Virus record (IMG/VR): IMGVR_UViG_3300037420_002497
Direction: 5' to 3' (one strand)
Source: a virus
Length of the DNA: 64,000 nt
Below the pieces are notes generated by a model. It was not told the DNA's origin. It searched no databases and saw nothing but the letters and a program-made list of their open reading frames with translations. The position numbers were made by a program, and so were the translations under genes. Below are positions 45,552 to 56,655 of the stretch, one piece after another (positions within the stretch are counted from its first letter, which is position 1; every line of letters starts with the position of its first letter).

Positions 45552-45811
45552 ACCGCACCAAGACGCCCTGCTACTGCCGCGCGTGCGACATCCAGGCCGC
45601 CCGCGAGGAGGTGGCCACGCTGGAGGCTGCCGGCGTGGAGGTGACGGAGACCACGCGGCTTTTCATGCGCGTGTCGTGGCTGCGCATCAACCAGTGCGGC
45701 CTGTGCGGGCACAAGCGCTGCGCCAAGGCGACGTACCACGGCAACGAGTGCCACCACAGCAACCTGCCCGGCCAACCAGGGAGCGACTACGCATGCAGCG
45801 CGACGCCCTGA
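45548..45811 (+). CDS. Cys-rich small protein (87 aa; TTG start, start uncertain)
   Basis: CYCRAC...CGLCGHKRC...ECHH motifs. Confidence 0.35.
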   Translation: MNRTKTPCYCRACDIQAAREEVATLEAAGVEVTETTRLFMRVSWLRINQCGLCGHKRCAKATYHGNECHHSNLPGQPGSDYACSATP

Positions 45812-46098
45812 CCGGCGCCATGCGCGACACCCTGGTGGCACTGGTGGAACACGGCCCCCTGATGGATGGCGACGTGCCCAGCAAGCAAGCGCGCGACATG
45901 CTCATCAGCGGCGGACTGGCCGTGCGCGTGGTCGTGCTGGGCATGGACGGATTCACGGCGGCCACCTACCAGGGCCGCGATGTCTACAAGCTGGTGTTCG
46001 GCACGAGCCTGGGCGGCAGGGCCGACACCATCACCGAGGCGTGGGCCAACCGCCTCGCCGAGCAGGCGGTGAAGGCCGCCCAGAAGAAAGAAGCCTGA
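45793..46098 (+). CDS. hypothetical protein (101 aa)
   Basis: ORF overlaps the upstream gene by 19 nt. Confidence 0.45.
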   Translation: MQRDALTGAMRDTLVALVEHGPLMDGDVPSKQARDMLISGGLAVRVVVLGMDGFTAATYQGRDVYKLVFGTSLGGRADTITEAWANRLAEQAVKAAQKKEA

Positions 46099-46508
46099 TG
46101 ACCGAGAAGTTCGATCTCGTGCGCGAGCTGCGCGAGGGGCTGGAAGACGCCGACCACTTCAACGACACCTGGATCGACGGCGTGATGCATGAGGTGGAGA
46201 AGCTGCAAGCCGACGCCGAGCGCTTCCGCGCGCTGCGCGACATGCCGTGCGTTGCGCTGCACCTCAGCCGCAACGACCACGCCACCAGCTACCAGAGCGC
46301 CGAGGAACGCATCAAGGACGGCGAGAACGACCTCGCCGACTACTTCCGAGGCACCGACCCGGCCGAGCTGCAGCGCATGAAGGACACCAACACCATCTGG
46401 ACGCTGCACTGGTATCCCGACACGCCCATCGGCTTCTGCACGAGCCATGGCGCGACGCTGGAGGCCGCCATCGACGCCGTGAAGGGGAGCACCGAATGCT
46501 CGGTCTGA
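46098..46508 (+). CDS. hypothetical protein (136 aa)
   Basis: ATGA overlap with the upstream gene. Confidence 0.5.
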   Translation: MTEKFDLVRELREGLEDADHFNDTWIDGVMHEVEKLQADAERFRALRDMPCVALHLSRNDHATSYQSAEERIKDGENDLADYFRGTDPAELQRMKDTNTIWTLHWYPDTPIGFCTSHGATLEAAIDAVKGSTECSV

Positions 46509-46762
46509 TCCCCGGCACCACGCTCTTTGGCATGCGCGTGTTCGTGAGCCGTGACCACCCGCGCATGCAGCTGCCGACCGACCTGCCCCTGCCCGACGCC
46601 TTCCGCGCCGAATTCAACGCGTGGATGGCGGACTTCTTCGGCTGGGACAACGTGGTGCCGGACGGCAAGGCCTACCAGATCGGCGACACCGTGCACATGA
46701 ACCCTCGCACCTTCGTCGAGCTGCGCAAGGCGGCCGACATCCACACCTGCCCCGTCCGATGA
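46496..46762 (+). CDS. hypothetical protein (88 aa)
   Basis: ORF inside the gene run. Confidence 0.45.
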   Translation: MLGLIPGTTLFGMRVFVSRDHPRMQLPTDLPLPDAFRAEFNAWMADFFGWDNVVPDGKAYQIGDTVHMNPRTFVELRKAADIHTCPVR

Positions 46763-47034
46763 TCCACGTCACTACCGAAGACGCCCAGGCCCAGGTGGAC
46801 CTGTGCCGCATCGGCAACTTCACCGCCGAGGGCGCGCACCGGCAGCTGGTGGAGTGCGCCGCCATGATCCAGGCCCTCGCCAGCGAGCGAAACGCCCTCA
46901 TGAGTGCGATGCGCAACCTGTGCGAGAGCCCCTGCAACGACCCGAACCGGGGCCGCAGCAACGAAGGGCGCTGGCTGGCGCTGACGGTGCGCGCGCACCA
47001 CGCGCACGAAGCCGTGGCGCTGCTCAAGCCATGA
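46759..47034 (+). CDS. hypothetical protein (91 aa)
   Basis: ATGA overlap with the upstream gene. Confidence 0.45.
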   Translation: MIHVTTEDAQAQVDLCRIGNFTAEGAHRQLVECAAMIQALASERNALMSAMRNLCESPCNDPNRGRSNEGRWLALTVRAHHAHEAVALLKP

Positions 47035-47579
47035 CGCCCGAGCGCTTCAAGAGCCTGCTGGCCGGCATGACCGCCGTGGCCGCCAAGGTGCTCGGCGCCG
47101 TGCCGATCGCCGAGAGCTGGACCTCGGCCGAGATCATCGCGGAGCTGGTCCGCCAGGGGCAGACGATCCGGGACCGCGTGGTGGTCGAGGGCTGCCTGGG
47201 CAAGCTGCGCGAAGCCGGCCTCGTGCGCGAAGCCGAGCCACAGAAATTTCGCCGCGTGAAGGTGCGCGAGCGCGCGACCGTGAAGAAGGAGGCGCCCGAG
47301 GTGGCGCCGAAGGAGCAAGAGCAGATGATTCCCGCGACCATCGTCCCCGGGTCGGCCGAGACGCTGTCCCACGCCCTGAGCCCCAGGAAGCCCGGCCACC
47401 TGGAGCGCCTGGGCGCGATTTCCGCCGACCTGCGCCAGCGGGCCCAGAGCCTGATCCAGCTGGCCGACAGCATCGACGCCGCCGCGCTCGCCACCGAGGA
47501 CGAGATCGCCGCGCTGGGCGCCGACAGCCGCAAGCTGCGCCAGCTGCAGGCCCTGCTCACCGGCGCCGCCACCGTCTGA
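47031..47579 (+). CDS. hypothetical protein (182 aa)
   Basis: ATGA overlap with the upstream gene. Confidence 0.5.
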   Translation: MTPERFKSLLAGMTAVAAKVLGAVPIAESWTSAEIIAELVRQGQTIRDRVVVEGCLGKLREAGLVREAEPQKFRRVKVRERATVKKEAPEVAPKEQEQMIPATIVPGSAETLSHALSPRKPGHLERLGAISADLRQRAQSLIQLADSIDAAALATEDEIAALGADSRKLRQLQALLTGAATV

Positions 47580-47598
47580 CCACACCAAGGAGCCACCC

Positions 47599-48828
<1,230 letters not shown>

Positions 48829-48830
48829 CG

Positions 48831-49295
48831 ATGGACCTGTTCGGCATCGGCAACGCCGTGAGCTGCATGCTCAACATCTACCGCACCTCGGCGCGGCGCA
48901 CCGGCCGCACGACCATGATGCTGGAGAGCCTGAAGGACGGCGACCGGATCATCTGCGCCAGGATCGAGCACAAGCGCGACCTGGAGCACAAGCTGCGCGA
49001 GCGCGGGCTGAAGGTCGAGGTGCGGGTGATTCCGCCGCAAAGCACCCATGAGCTGCGCGAGCTGGGCACCCCCCAGGGCCGGACGGTGTTTGAGCACGCC
49101 TGGGTCGAGGAGTCGTATGAGGACGCCCTGAAGTGCCACGCGGACTACATCGACCATTACCAGCAGCGCCTGAGCGGGTTCGGCGACGCCCACCGGCAGA
49201 CCCAGCGCGCCGCGATGATGGCTCGCGCCTTCGATCCCAGAACCCCGATCGCCGAGGTCGCGCGGCTGACGCGCGAGCTGGGCTTGGACAAGTAA
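48831..49295 (+). CDS. hypothetical protein (154 aa)
   Basis: starts 2 nt after the rtcB stop codon. Confidence 0.5.
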   Translation: MDLFGIGNAVSCMLNIYRTSARRTGRTTMMLESLKDGDRIICARIEHKRDLEHKLRERGLKVEVRVIPPQSTHELRELGTPQGRTVFEHAWVEESYEDALKCHADYIDHYQQRLSGFGDAHRQTQRAAMMARAFDPRTPIAEVARLTRELGLDK

Positions 49296-49304
49296 GGCGA
49301 GACC

Positions 49305-49523
49305 ATGGCACGCCAACGCCTCGGACTCAAGAAAACGCTGCGCCTGCGCCAGCAGACCGGGCTCCCGGTTGTGCGGGTGCTGGTGCGCGGCGGCACCAAC
49401 CACAGCCGCGACCTGCTCCTGAGCACGGGTCACATCGTCATGCTGTCCCGCGACGGCAGCATGGAGCTGGACCGGGTGTGCACCTGGAATGTGCCGCCCC
49501 TGCTGACCTACACGCCGAGCTGA
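49305..49523 (+). CDS. hypothetical basic protein (72 aa)
   Basis: short ORF with weak RBS. Confidence 0.35.
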   Translation: MARQRLGLKKTLRLRQQTGLPVVRVLVRGGTNHSRDLLLSTGHIVMLSRDGSMELDRVCTWNVPPLLTYTPS

Positions 49524-49525
49524 CT

Positions 49526-49804
49526 ATGGCCACGACCTACCCCGACACCGACGCCGAGCGCGTGCAGTGGCTGCTGGCGCTGCAGGCCAGCCGCACCGGC
49601 CCGCACATGCACCTGCAGCCCGGCGACCGCTGCTGCACCGGCTACTCCAAGCGGTTGACGACGCACACGGTTGTCGAGCGCCTGGAGAACCAGCAGTCCC
49701 AGACGCGCGTGATGTACGTGGTCAAGCCGCCGGTGCCCGGCAGCAGCGGCGGCCCGATCGACGCCAGCTGGTTTAGCGTGGCGAGCCAGGGGTGGCGCGG
49801 GTGA
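49526..49804 (+). CDS. hypothetical protein (92 aa)
   Basis: ORF inside the gene run. Confidence 0.45.
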   Translation: MATTYPDTDAERVQWLLALQASRTGPHMHLQPGDRCCTGYSKRLTTHTVVERLENQQSQTRVMYVVKPPVPGSSGGPIDASWFSVASQGWRG

Positions 49805-50061
49805 ACGGCGCGCAACCACTCAAGATCGGCGATCAGGTGATCGGCTGGATTCAGGACGAACACGCCGCCGCCCTGGCGCGGTTCGCCCGCGATCAGGAAC
49901 CGGGCTGGCCGGTGCCAATCCACTTCAGGGTGGACGGCCCGCCGGTGTGCGTGACCATGGACCGGCGAGGCATCCAGACACTCCAGAGGGAGCTGACCAC
50001 GCACGAGCTGACGTTCACCATCGTGCTCACCGAGGGCCGCACCGTGAGGACCGAGCCGTGA
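49792..50061 (+). CDS. hypothetical protein (89 aa; an alternative GTG at 49801 overlaps the upstream stop codon)
   Basis: ORF inside the gene run. Confidence 0.4.
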   Translation: MARVNGAQPLKIGDQVIGWIQDEHAAALARFARDQEPGWPVPIHFRVDGPPVCVTMDRRGIQTLQRELTTHELTFTIVLTEGRTVRTEP

Positions 50062-50435
50062 ACATCGTGCTCTACACCGACGACTTTGAGCCCATCACCA
50101 TCCTGGACCTGCCGCTGCGCACGATCGAGATCGGCCGCAAGAGCCGGATGGTGCATGTGCCCGTGCGGCGGCGCCTCGTGGTGGGCGACCTGCACCCCGA
50201 TGCGCCGATCCGCTCCCGCCAGAACATCTGCACGATCGAGTTCCAGCCGCTGATCTGGCGACGCGGCGAGGAGCCGAAGTGGGTGATGACGACGCGCGAT
50301 GAGGAGCTGGCGCTGCTGCTGCGCCCGGGTTGGCTCCCGGGCCAGCAAGGCGCGATCAACCAGCTGGAGGAGCGTGCCAAGCTCAACGCGGACTTCGTGG
50401 CGGCGCTGGTGCGCACGCTGGGAGGCGATCGGTGA
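50058..50435 (+). CDS. hypothetical protein (125 aa), GTG start
   Basis: GTGA overlap with the upstream gene. Confidence 0.45.
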   Translation: MNIVLYTDDFEPITILDLPLRTIEIGRKSRMVHVPVRRRLVVGDLHPDAPIRSRQNICTIEFQPLIWRRGEEPKWVMTTRDEELALLLRPGWLPGQQGAINQLEERAKLNADFVAALVRTLGGDR

Positions 50436-51019
50436 AGCTGCGCCAGCTCAAGCGCCGGCACATCAGCCGCCTACGGCTGCGCCTGGAGTTCCGCCGCATC
50501 CGCGCCTCGATCAATGCGGACTGCGATCGCCTGGGGCTGCCCAGGCTGGATGCGCGCCCGCTGGACGAGGTGCTGCCCGAGCTGCTGCGGTCGGTCGATC
50601 CCGAGGAGCTGGCCAAGGGCCGCGCCTGGGTCCAGGAGTGGGCCGCCGAGGGCTACCCGGGCATGGAGGTGGTGGACATCACGGACTGGATCGCGCCGGG
50701 CGCGACGACCGAGCAGCTGAACGCCGTCGCCGCTTGTCCCGGGGCGGAAATGCCCCCGTGCAGGGGTAGGATTACGGGGTACGAGATCACCGGCACCCTG
50801 GCCACGGTCTCGATGGATGCCCCTGGCGGGCCCGTGGAGGGCCCGTCCACGCTTTGGGACAGCTGTCGGGACCGAGGGGCCCGTGGCCTCGGCAAGAGGG
50901 CTCTGGACCATCACCGCGAGCGGGCTTATAGCCAACAGGCGAAGCCCACGGATAAACTTGCGACCCCTGGCTTCGACGACAGCCAGGACGAGGGCTCAGA
51001 GCGGAAGCTGGCGGACTAG
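50432..51019 (+). CDS. hypothetical protein (195 aa), GTG start
   Basis: GTGA overlap with the upstream gene; last gene before an approximately 200-bp gap. Confidence 0.45.
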   Translation: MKLRQLKRRHISRLRLRLEFRRIRASINADCDRLGLPRLDARPLDEVLPELLRSVDPEELAKGRAWVQEWAAEGYPGMEVVDITDWIAPGATTEQLNAVAACPGAEMPPCRGRITGYEITGTLATVSMDAPGGPVEGPSTLWDSCRDRGARGLGKRALDHHRERAYSQQAKPTDKLATPGFDDSQDEGSERKLAD

Positions 51020-51222
51020 CCATCCGCCCGAAACAACCCCAACCTCGAAAGGAATGGGACCACCCAGCAAAAGCTGAGCGACAAAGAAAAAAGCCCTTGG
51101 GGGCCAACCCAAGAGCTTCTTCCGTATTGCTGACTTCCCCAGCGGAGCCACCCACATCGGAAATCCAGGAACCACCAAACAGCCTGGATTGTAGGGGTCT
51201 CGGGGAAGTGTGCAAGACGTAG

Positions 51223-52107
51223 TTGCGCACGTCCCTACGATCCATGAAGCTGCGCCCCCCCGCAGACCCGGGCCGCGACGAGTTTTCGCCGCTGCCGCCC
51301 CCCATCCAGGACGCCATACAGATCGGCCTGTTCGACAGCGCCACCACCCTGGACGCCCTGACCCACAACGAGACGCTGGCCCTGGCCGCCGTGCTGCGCG
51401 CGGTGGACTCCGACAAGCCCGGCGAGCCCTTCCGGGTGCTGGTGACCACGCTGATGGAGCGGCTTCACCGCAGCCGCCCGACCGTCACCCGCTACCTCAA
51501 AGCCCTTGTGGACAAAGGGTGGGTGACGCGCTGGCAGGTGAAAGCCAACAGCCGGCGCTGGGGCTTTCGCTGCGCCTGGATGCAGCTCACCGACGACGCC
51601 TTGGCCCACCTGTTCCAGCGTGCATCACTTTCGATCAACAGTTCTAAGCCTTCTCCTTCGGACAAGGGCAAGCGCTGGGTGCGGGTCCAAAAGAGGATTC
51701 CCAAAGACCTCAAGGCCCTGGAGAGCGTGATGACGCCGGCCAGGATCGTGTGGCTGATGGCCGAGGCCAAGGCCGCCGGGGTGCGGCTGCAGACCATCCT
51801 GGCGACGCACCTGGAGGACGTTCTCACCGCGCGCAAGCCCGCCGCGCGCCTCGCGCACCTCGTGTGGACCTGGAACAAGCCCAGCAACCGCCCGGCGTAC
51901 CAGCGGCGCCAGCAGGCCCAGGCCCGCAGCGGCTACACGGTGGAGGGCTCGATCACGAGCGCCAGCACCGTCGCCGAGCACCGCCAGAGCGAGGAGCTGC
52001 AGCAAAAGCTCAAGACCGACCAGCAGACCAAGAAGGCTCCCCCGGCGAACCTGCGCGAGCGCATGCGTCAGGCGGTGGCCGAGAACATGCTCCGCAAGGC
52101 CGCTTGA
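51223..52107 (+). CDS. winged-helix protein, putative plasmid-type replication initiator (Rep)-like (294 aa; an alternative ATG lies at 51241)
   Basis: TVTRYLKALVDKGWVTRW resembles a winged-helix motif; immediately followed by four phased GTTC repeats; parAB lies downstream. Confidence 0.45.
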   Translation: MRTSLRSMKLRPPADPGRDEFSPLPPPIQDAIQIGLFDSATTLDALTHNETLALAAVLRAVDSDKPGEPFRVLVTTLMERLHRSRPTVTRYLKALVDKGWVTRWQVKANSRRWGFRCAWMQLTDDALAHLFQRASLSINSSKPSPSDKGKRWVRVQKRIPKDLKALESVMTPARIVWLMAEAKAAGVRLQTILATHLEDVLTARKPAARLAHLVWTWNKPSNRPAYQRRQQAQARSGYTVEGSITSASTVAEHRQSEELQQKLKTDQQTKKAPPANLRERMRQAVAENMLRKAA

Positions 52108-52115
52108 TTACACAT

Positions 52116-52155
52116 TGTTCACACTATGTTCATGCGATGTTCTATACTTGGTTCC
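52116..52155 (+). repeat. iteron-like cluster A: four GTTC repeats at exact 11-bp spacing ending in TGTTCTATACT
   Basis: GTTCAC at 52117, GTTCAT at 52128, GTTCTA at 52139 and GTTCCG at 52150. Confidence 0.65.
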
Positions 52156-52189
52156 GCGTTGGTGATGCCACCGACAACTGGAGCGACAC

Positions 52190-52603
52190 ATGACGGACGA
52201 GCAGTGGACCGAGATTGAGCAGCGCAAGGCCGAGGTGTTGAAGGCGCTGGCGCCGCTGGGCTTTTCGGACCTGGACGATGGCGAGTTGCCCGGCGGGATC
52301 TACATCAGCGGCCACGCCCTGCTCCGCAAGCCCGGGATGCCCAGTCTCACCATCGACGTTGCGCGCTATGGATCGGTGGAGGCGCTGCTGAAGGAGGTGC
52401 TGGCCCTGGTGGCCAATCACGCCTTCCAGCTCGGCCACTCGGATATGCAATTCAGATTCCGCCAACTCATGAACGTGGCCGCGCCCGCGCCACGGGTGAC
52501 GCACTGGCAGATTGAGCAAGCCGAGGAGCAGGAGCGGCGCGCTCAGCAGCGGCTGGAGGAGCGCATGCGCCAGATCGCTCGTGAAGAAGTTCGCAGGAGC
52601 TGA
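52190..52603 (+). CDS. hypothetical protein (137 aa)
   Basis: GGAGCGACACATG start context, immediately downstream of iteron cluster A. Confidence 0.5.
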   Translation: MTDEQWTEIEQRKAEVLKALAPLGFSDLDDGELPGGIYISGHALLRKPGMPSLTIDVARYGSVEALLKEVLALVANHAFQLGHSDMQFRFRQLMNVAAPAPRVTHWQIEQAEEQERRAQQRLEERMRQIAREEVRRS

Positions 52604-52606
52604 GCC

Positions 52607-52801
52607 ATGGTGGCCCTACTTCGCGCGCCGGAACCCGGCACCACCCCCGCCGATCAACTGACGCCGCTGGATGCGCTGGCGCAGCTGGTCAAGGCCTTGA
52701 ACCACCCGGCGGACATGCCGGTGTGGCAGGTCAAGGAAAACCTCGCCAAGGCCGAGCGCGACGCGCAGCAGGTACTGGCCCAACACAAGCGAGACCACTG
52801 A
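52607..52801 (+). CDS. hypothetical protein (64 aa)
   Basis: GGAGCTGAGCCATG start context. Confidence 0.4.
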   Translation: MVALLRAPEPGTTPADQLTPLDALAQLVKALNHPADMPVWQVKENLAKAERDAQQVLAQHKRDH

Positions 52802-53226
52802 TGGAATTCAATCTGACCACGGGAGAATGGCACCAGGGCGTGGAGTTCGTGGTGCTGCCGCCGGGCACTTACGTCTGCGTGCTGAACCCCGAAAACGGAG
52901 CAGCCAACGTGATGGCGATCTGCGGCGCGGTGGTGGACGACGATGCCGAGCAGACCATCGCCAACGCCCGCGCCATGGCCGCCGCCAAGGACATGCTGGG
53001 CCTGCTGCCCAGCGCGCGACAGTTGCTGCTGCAATCCTTTGTTGGCGAGGCCAGCAAGCTGGAGCAGGCCGAGCTGCGGCGCGTGATCGACGCGATCGAC
53101 AGCGCTATCGCCAAGGGCACCGGCAAGCCGGTGGAATTGGTGCAGGCCGAGCTGGACATTGCCTACACCGAGATGGCCGCCGAGATCGCCGAGCGCGCGC
53201 GCATCGAAGCGGAGAGCAGGCCATGA
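52801..53226 (+). CDS. hypothetical protein (141 aa)
   Basis: TGATG overlap with the upstream gene. Confidence 0.5.
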   Translation: MEFNLTTGEWHQGVEFVVLPPGTYVCVLNPENGAANVMAICGAVVDDDAEQTIANARAMAAAKDMLGLLPSARQLLLQSFVGEASKLEQAELRRVIDAIDSAIAKGTGKPVELVQAELDIAYTEMAAEIAERARIEAESRP

Positions 53227-53516
53227 GCGACATCAAACCCTACAGCGCACGCCCCTGGCGGCTGGACGGCGACAAGGTGCTCGCCGCCGATGGCGAGATT
53301 GTCGTAGACCTCGTGGGGGTGCGCCCAGGCGATGCCCAGGTGCTTGCGCTGGCGCTGGACCTGCTCGATGCGGTGGAGCCGTTCGCCCAGCTGGCCAAAC
53401 ATCAGGGCAAGGTGGTGCAGATGAGCGGCGCCCTGCCGGCGACGCACCGCCCATTGTTCCTGGACGCCTTCCAGAAGGCCCTGGAAGCCCATCAAGCCGC
53501 AACCAAGGAGATGTGA
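53223..53516 (+). CDS. hypothetical protein (97 aa)
   Basis: ATGA overlap with the upstream gene. Confidence 0.45.
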   Translation: MSDIKPYSARPWRLDGDKVLAADGEIVVDLVGVRPGDAQVLALALDLLDAVEPFAQLAKHQGKVVQMSGALPATHRPLFLDAFQKALEAHQAATKEM

Positions 53517-53962
53517 TGCTCACCACGAATGTCGAAACCTTGACCCCCGAGATGCTGGCCGCGCTGCTGGACGGCAACCAGTACCGCAACGAGATGACCC
53601 CCATGGAGGAAGCCAACGCCAAGGCTTCCGGTTTGGTGGTGGTGTTCGGCGGCTCCGACGACCTGATCGAGTTCCGTGGCGCCATCGACGACGAGCAGGG
53701 CGCAGGCCAGGGCACCGAGATCCTGGTGGACGCCCGGGGCCTGCTACCAGACCGGGACAACATCGAGGACGACGACGAGCTGCAGGACTACTTCGCGCGC
53801 AAGCCCTGGGCCCGAACCATCACGACCGTGTGGGCCCAAGGCGACCATGCATGGCAGTACAGAACCGACATCCCGCACGCGACCTTTGAGGTCATGGACG
53901 ACGGCGAGAAGTATTGCAAGGGCATCGTGTTCCGCCTCGCCGACGCCGCCACGAGGCCGTGA
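53516..53962 (+). CDS. hypothetical acidic protein (148 aa)
   Basis: TGATG overlap with the upstream gene. Confidence 0.5.
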   Translation: MLTTNVETLTPEMLAALLDGNQYRNEMTPMEEANAKASGLVVVFGGSDDLIEFRGAIDDEQGAGQGTEILVDARGLLPDRDNIEDDDELQDYFARKPWARTITTVWAQGDHAWQYRTDIPHATFEVMDDGEKYCKGIVFRLADAATRP

Positions 53963-54216
53963 TGCAGTTGCTGGGCTACGCCGTTGTGTTCATCTGGCTT
54001 GCGCTGACGTTTTTCGTCCTGGCCATGTCCTTCATCCGCCTGTTCGGCTTTTTCCATGTCCAGCGCGGCCTGCAATTGGGTGCTGCATCCGTGACGAACC
54101 TCCTGGTGGCCCAGCATGCGCGCGAGCTGCCCTGGCTGATGTACGGCGTGTGCTTCCTCCTCCTTTACCTCGCATGGGAAGAAGCCATGCACCTTCTCTT
54201 GAGATCGAAACCATGA
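53962..54216 (+). CDS. small membrane protein (84 aa)
   Basis: two hydrophobic segments: VVFIWLALTFFVLAMSFI and WLMYGVCFLLLYLAW. Confidence 0.4.
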   Translation: MQLLGYAVVFIWLALTFFVLAMSFIRLFGFFHVQRGLQLGAASVTNLLVAQHARELPWLMYGVCFLLLYLAWEEAMHLLLRSKP

Positions 54217-55193
54217 CCGAACGGCGAGTGTTCTGGACCCCGGCACAGTGGTCCGAGGTGACCCATCGCGCTGCCGAGCTGATCGTGCACAGCGGGTACA
54301 AAGAGCTGCAGGCGCTGCGCCAAGCAGCCGATGAAATGCCGGAAGGGCTGCAGCGCCACTTCCATCAGCTCAGCAAGGCGCCCGAGTTCCTGAAGCGCCT
54401 GCCGGCCGAGCTGGCGTCGCAACGGCACCTCCTGGAGCACAACCTGCAGCACGCGGTCCAGGCACCGCCACCGCCGGCCGAGGCGCCGCCGCCGGCACCG
54501 GCGCCGACCCCAGGGCCCGAACCCACTCCGGCGGCCGAGCTGGCACCAGAACCCGAGCCCGCACCAGCCCCCGCACCTGAGCAGGAGCCGGAACCCGAGC
54601 CCGCACCTGCGCCGGTGAAGCGCGCCCGCAAACGGCGAGCGCCAGCACCCTTCCATGGGCTGATGCCAGAACCCGAGCCCGCACCGGCCCCAGCTGTGCC
54701 AGCCATCGACCCGCTGGCCGACTCGCTGTTTGGAGGGCTGAAGGCGCTGATGCTGCAGGTGCTGCAGTCGCCAGAGGGGCAGGCTGCGATCGCCACAGCC
54801 ATCGCCTCCCAGCGTCAGGCCCAAGCGGCTGCGCCCGCCCAGGCGACAGTCACCGTGAGCTATGCGGCCGAGAAGAAGCCTCGCGTGCTGATCGTTGGCG
54901 CCTTGCCCGTGCAGGCCGCCTCCATCCATCAGCAGTTCTCGGACAAGGCGCGGCTGGAGTTCCTGCGCTCCAGCGAGGCCAGCGAGCGCATGAAGGCCCA
55001 CGCCAAAAGCGCCGACTACACCTTCAGCCTGCGCAGCTACATCAGCGCCACCGCCGACAAGCTGCTGCTCAAGTACAGCAAGCGCTACGAGCGCATCAGC
55101 GGGGCCGGCGACATGCTGAGCACTGCCTTGACCCGGATGCTCAATCTGCGCGAGGTCGATCGCGCCAAACCGGAGAACTACCGTGACCAGTGA
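54213..55193 (+). CDS. protein with a P/E/A low-complexity linker (PEPEPAPAPA repeats), 326 aa
   Basis: DNA-level tandem repeats GAACCCGAGCCCGCACC lie within the ORF. Confidence 0.5.
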   Translation: MTERRVFWTPAQWSEVTHRAAELIVHSGYKELQALRQAADEMPEGLQRHFHQLSKAPEFLKRLPAELASQRHLLEHNLQHAVQAPPPPAEAPPPAPAPTPGPEPTPAAELAPEPEPAPAPAPEQEPEPEPAPAPVKRARKRRAPAPFHGLMPEPEPAPAPAVPAIDPLADSLFGGLKALMLQVLQSPEGQAAIATAIASQRQAQAAAPAQATVTVSYAAEKKPRVLIVGALPVQAASIHQQFSDKARLEFLRSSEASERMKAHAKSADYTFSLRSYISATADKLLLKYSKRYERISGAGDMLSTALTRMLNLREVDRAKPENYRDQ

Positions 55194-55371
55194 ACTGAAG
55201 AAGTGCATTGCACGGAACGAGCCGTGCATCAACCCGGGCCGCTGCGTAATGCTCCGGGCCTGCCTGCAGCGGCAAGTGAGCCCGGCCATCGTGCCGCAGC
55301 CAAAGGCTGACCGCGAGCCGTTCAAGTCCGCCCGCCATTGCCCACTGGACCACGACAGCGAGGAGATGTGA
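55183..55371 (+). CDS. small Cys-rich protein (62 aa), GTG start
   Basis: CxxxxxCxNPGRC motif. Confidence 0.35.
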   Translation: MTSELKKCIARNEPCINPGRCVMLRACLQRQVSPAIVPQPKADREPFKSARHCPLDHDSEEM

Positions 55372-55372
55372 G

Positions 55373-55882
55373 GTGGACATCCATGCCATCCTGACTCGTG
55401 CGCCGATCAACAAGCTGGCGGCCAGCGTGATAGCCCGGCGCCGCGAATCCGGGCCCGAGGCGCCGCTGACCAGAGAGGAGCTGAGCTACCTGATGCAGCA
55501 TGCGGCGCGCAAGCAGCAACTGCTGAAGCGGGTGCTTGGCATCCACAACGACCGGCAGCACAAGAACGTCACCTACCGTGCGGCCAAGGGCATGAAGCAG
55601 TTCCGCGCCCAATCCCCCGCCCTGGCCGAGTACCTAGCGCTGGGTCAGACGATCCACAGGTTCACGCTTGAGCTGAGCGAGCTGCGCAAGCAGCGGCGCC
55701 AAGAGGCGCAACTCACTCCAGAGGAGCAGGCGCTGGCGAAACAGCGCCGCCGCGAGCGGATATTCAGGCGCGGGCAGGCGTTTATTGATGTCGCCAAGGA
55801 ACGACTACCCGAGGAGCAGTTCAGGAGCTTCATGGAAGAAGCCATGAGGCGAGCAGACCCCGAAGAAGGACCGGCAGCATGA
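55373..55882 (+). CDS. hypothetical basic protein (169 aa), GTG start
   Basis: ORF inside the gene run. Confidence 0.45.
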   Translation: MDIHAILTRAPINKLAASVIARRRESGPEAPLTREELSYLMQHAARKQQLLKRVLGIHNDRQHKNVTYRAAKGMKQFRAQSPALAEYLALGQTIHRFTLELSELRKQRRQEAQLTPEEQALAKQRRRERIFRRGQAFIDVAKERLPEEQFRSFMEEAMRRADPEEGPAA

Positions 55883-56277
55883 CCAAAGCCAAGACCGAGC
55901 CCAAGCGCAAGAGCTTTGAGATGCGCAAGCTCAAGTACGCCGACTGGATCGCCGAGGGCGAGCAGCGCTTCGGCGCCGACAGGATGCAGTGGCGCTTCGT
56001 GTGCCCGATCTGTCGCCATGTCGCCACCGTTAAGGATTGGAAGGATGCCGGCGCCCCGGAAGGGTCTGTTGCATTCGCCTGCGTGGGTCGCTGGACTGGC
56101 ACTCGTGAAGCCCCCGCCAGGGACGCCTTTGGCGGCAAGGGCAAGGGCCCCTGCAACTACACCGGCGGCGGCTTGTTTGCGCTCAACCCGGTGCAGGTCG
56201 AGCTGGAGGACGGCAAGACGGCCGGGGCCTTTGAGTTCGACGGCGCCCAGCCGGAAGCCCAGGCCGCCCAGGAGTGA
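55879..56277 (+). CDS. Cys-containing hypothetical protein (132 aa)
   Basis: ATGA overlap with the upstream gene; CPICRH...C motif. Confidence 0.5.
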   Translation: MTKAKTEPKRKSFEMRKLKYADWIAEGEQRFGADRMQWRFVCPICRHVATVKDWKDAGAPEGSVAFACVGRWTGTREAPARDAFGGKGKGPCNYTGGGLFALNPVQVELEDGKTAGAFEFDGAQPEAQAAQE

Positions 56278-56280
56278 ACG

Positions 56281-56430
56281 ATGAAGACAAGCAACCAGCA
56301 GCCGGTCACGCGCAAGGACAATAGGCCCTGCCCGAATCGGCCCAAGGGCGAGCGCTGCCCGGTGTGCGGCGGCAGCTACGTCTGCCTCCACTCCTGGCGG
56401 CCAAAGAAACTCACCGGGAAGAAGGCCTGA
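56281..56430 (+). CDS. tiny zinc-ribbon protein (49 aa)
   Basis: AGGAG lies 7 nt upstream of the ATG; CPNRPKGERCPVCGGSYVC motif. Confidence 0.35.
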   Translation: MKTSNQQPVTRKDNRPCPNRPKGERCPVCGGSYVCLHSWRPKKLTGKKA

Positions 56431-56433
56431 GCC

Positions 56434-56655
56434 ATGGAAAGGTACGCCGGCAACCAGATTCTGGGGGCCCCCGAGGGCTACTACTGGCACCCGTGGGACG
56501 GCGAGGTCGAGCTGGTGGAGTTGAAGCACCGCGAGAGATTTCGCGACACCAATGTGCGCCGATTCGGTGAAACCCATGGCCGCTGGGCCTACGGTTTCTC
56601 GCAAGAGTTCGTGCTGGTCGGCCCAATCCTTCCCCCTGACGAAGCGAGGTCGTGA
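56434..56655 (+). CDS. hypothetical protein (73 aa)
   Basis: ORF inside the gene run. Confidence 0.45.
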   Translation: MERYAGNQILGAPEGYYWHPWDGEVELVELKHRERFRDTNVRRFGETHGRWAYGFSQEFVLVGPILPPDEARS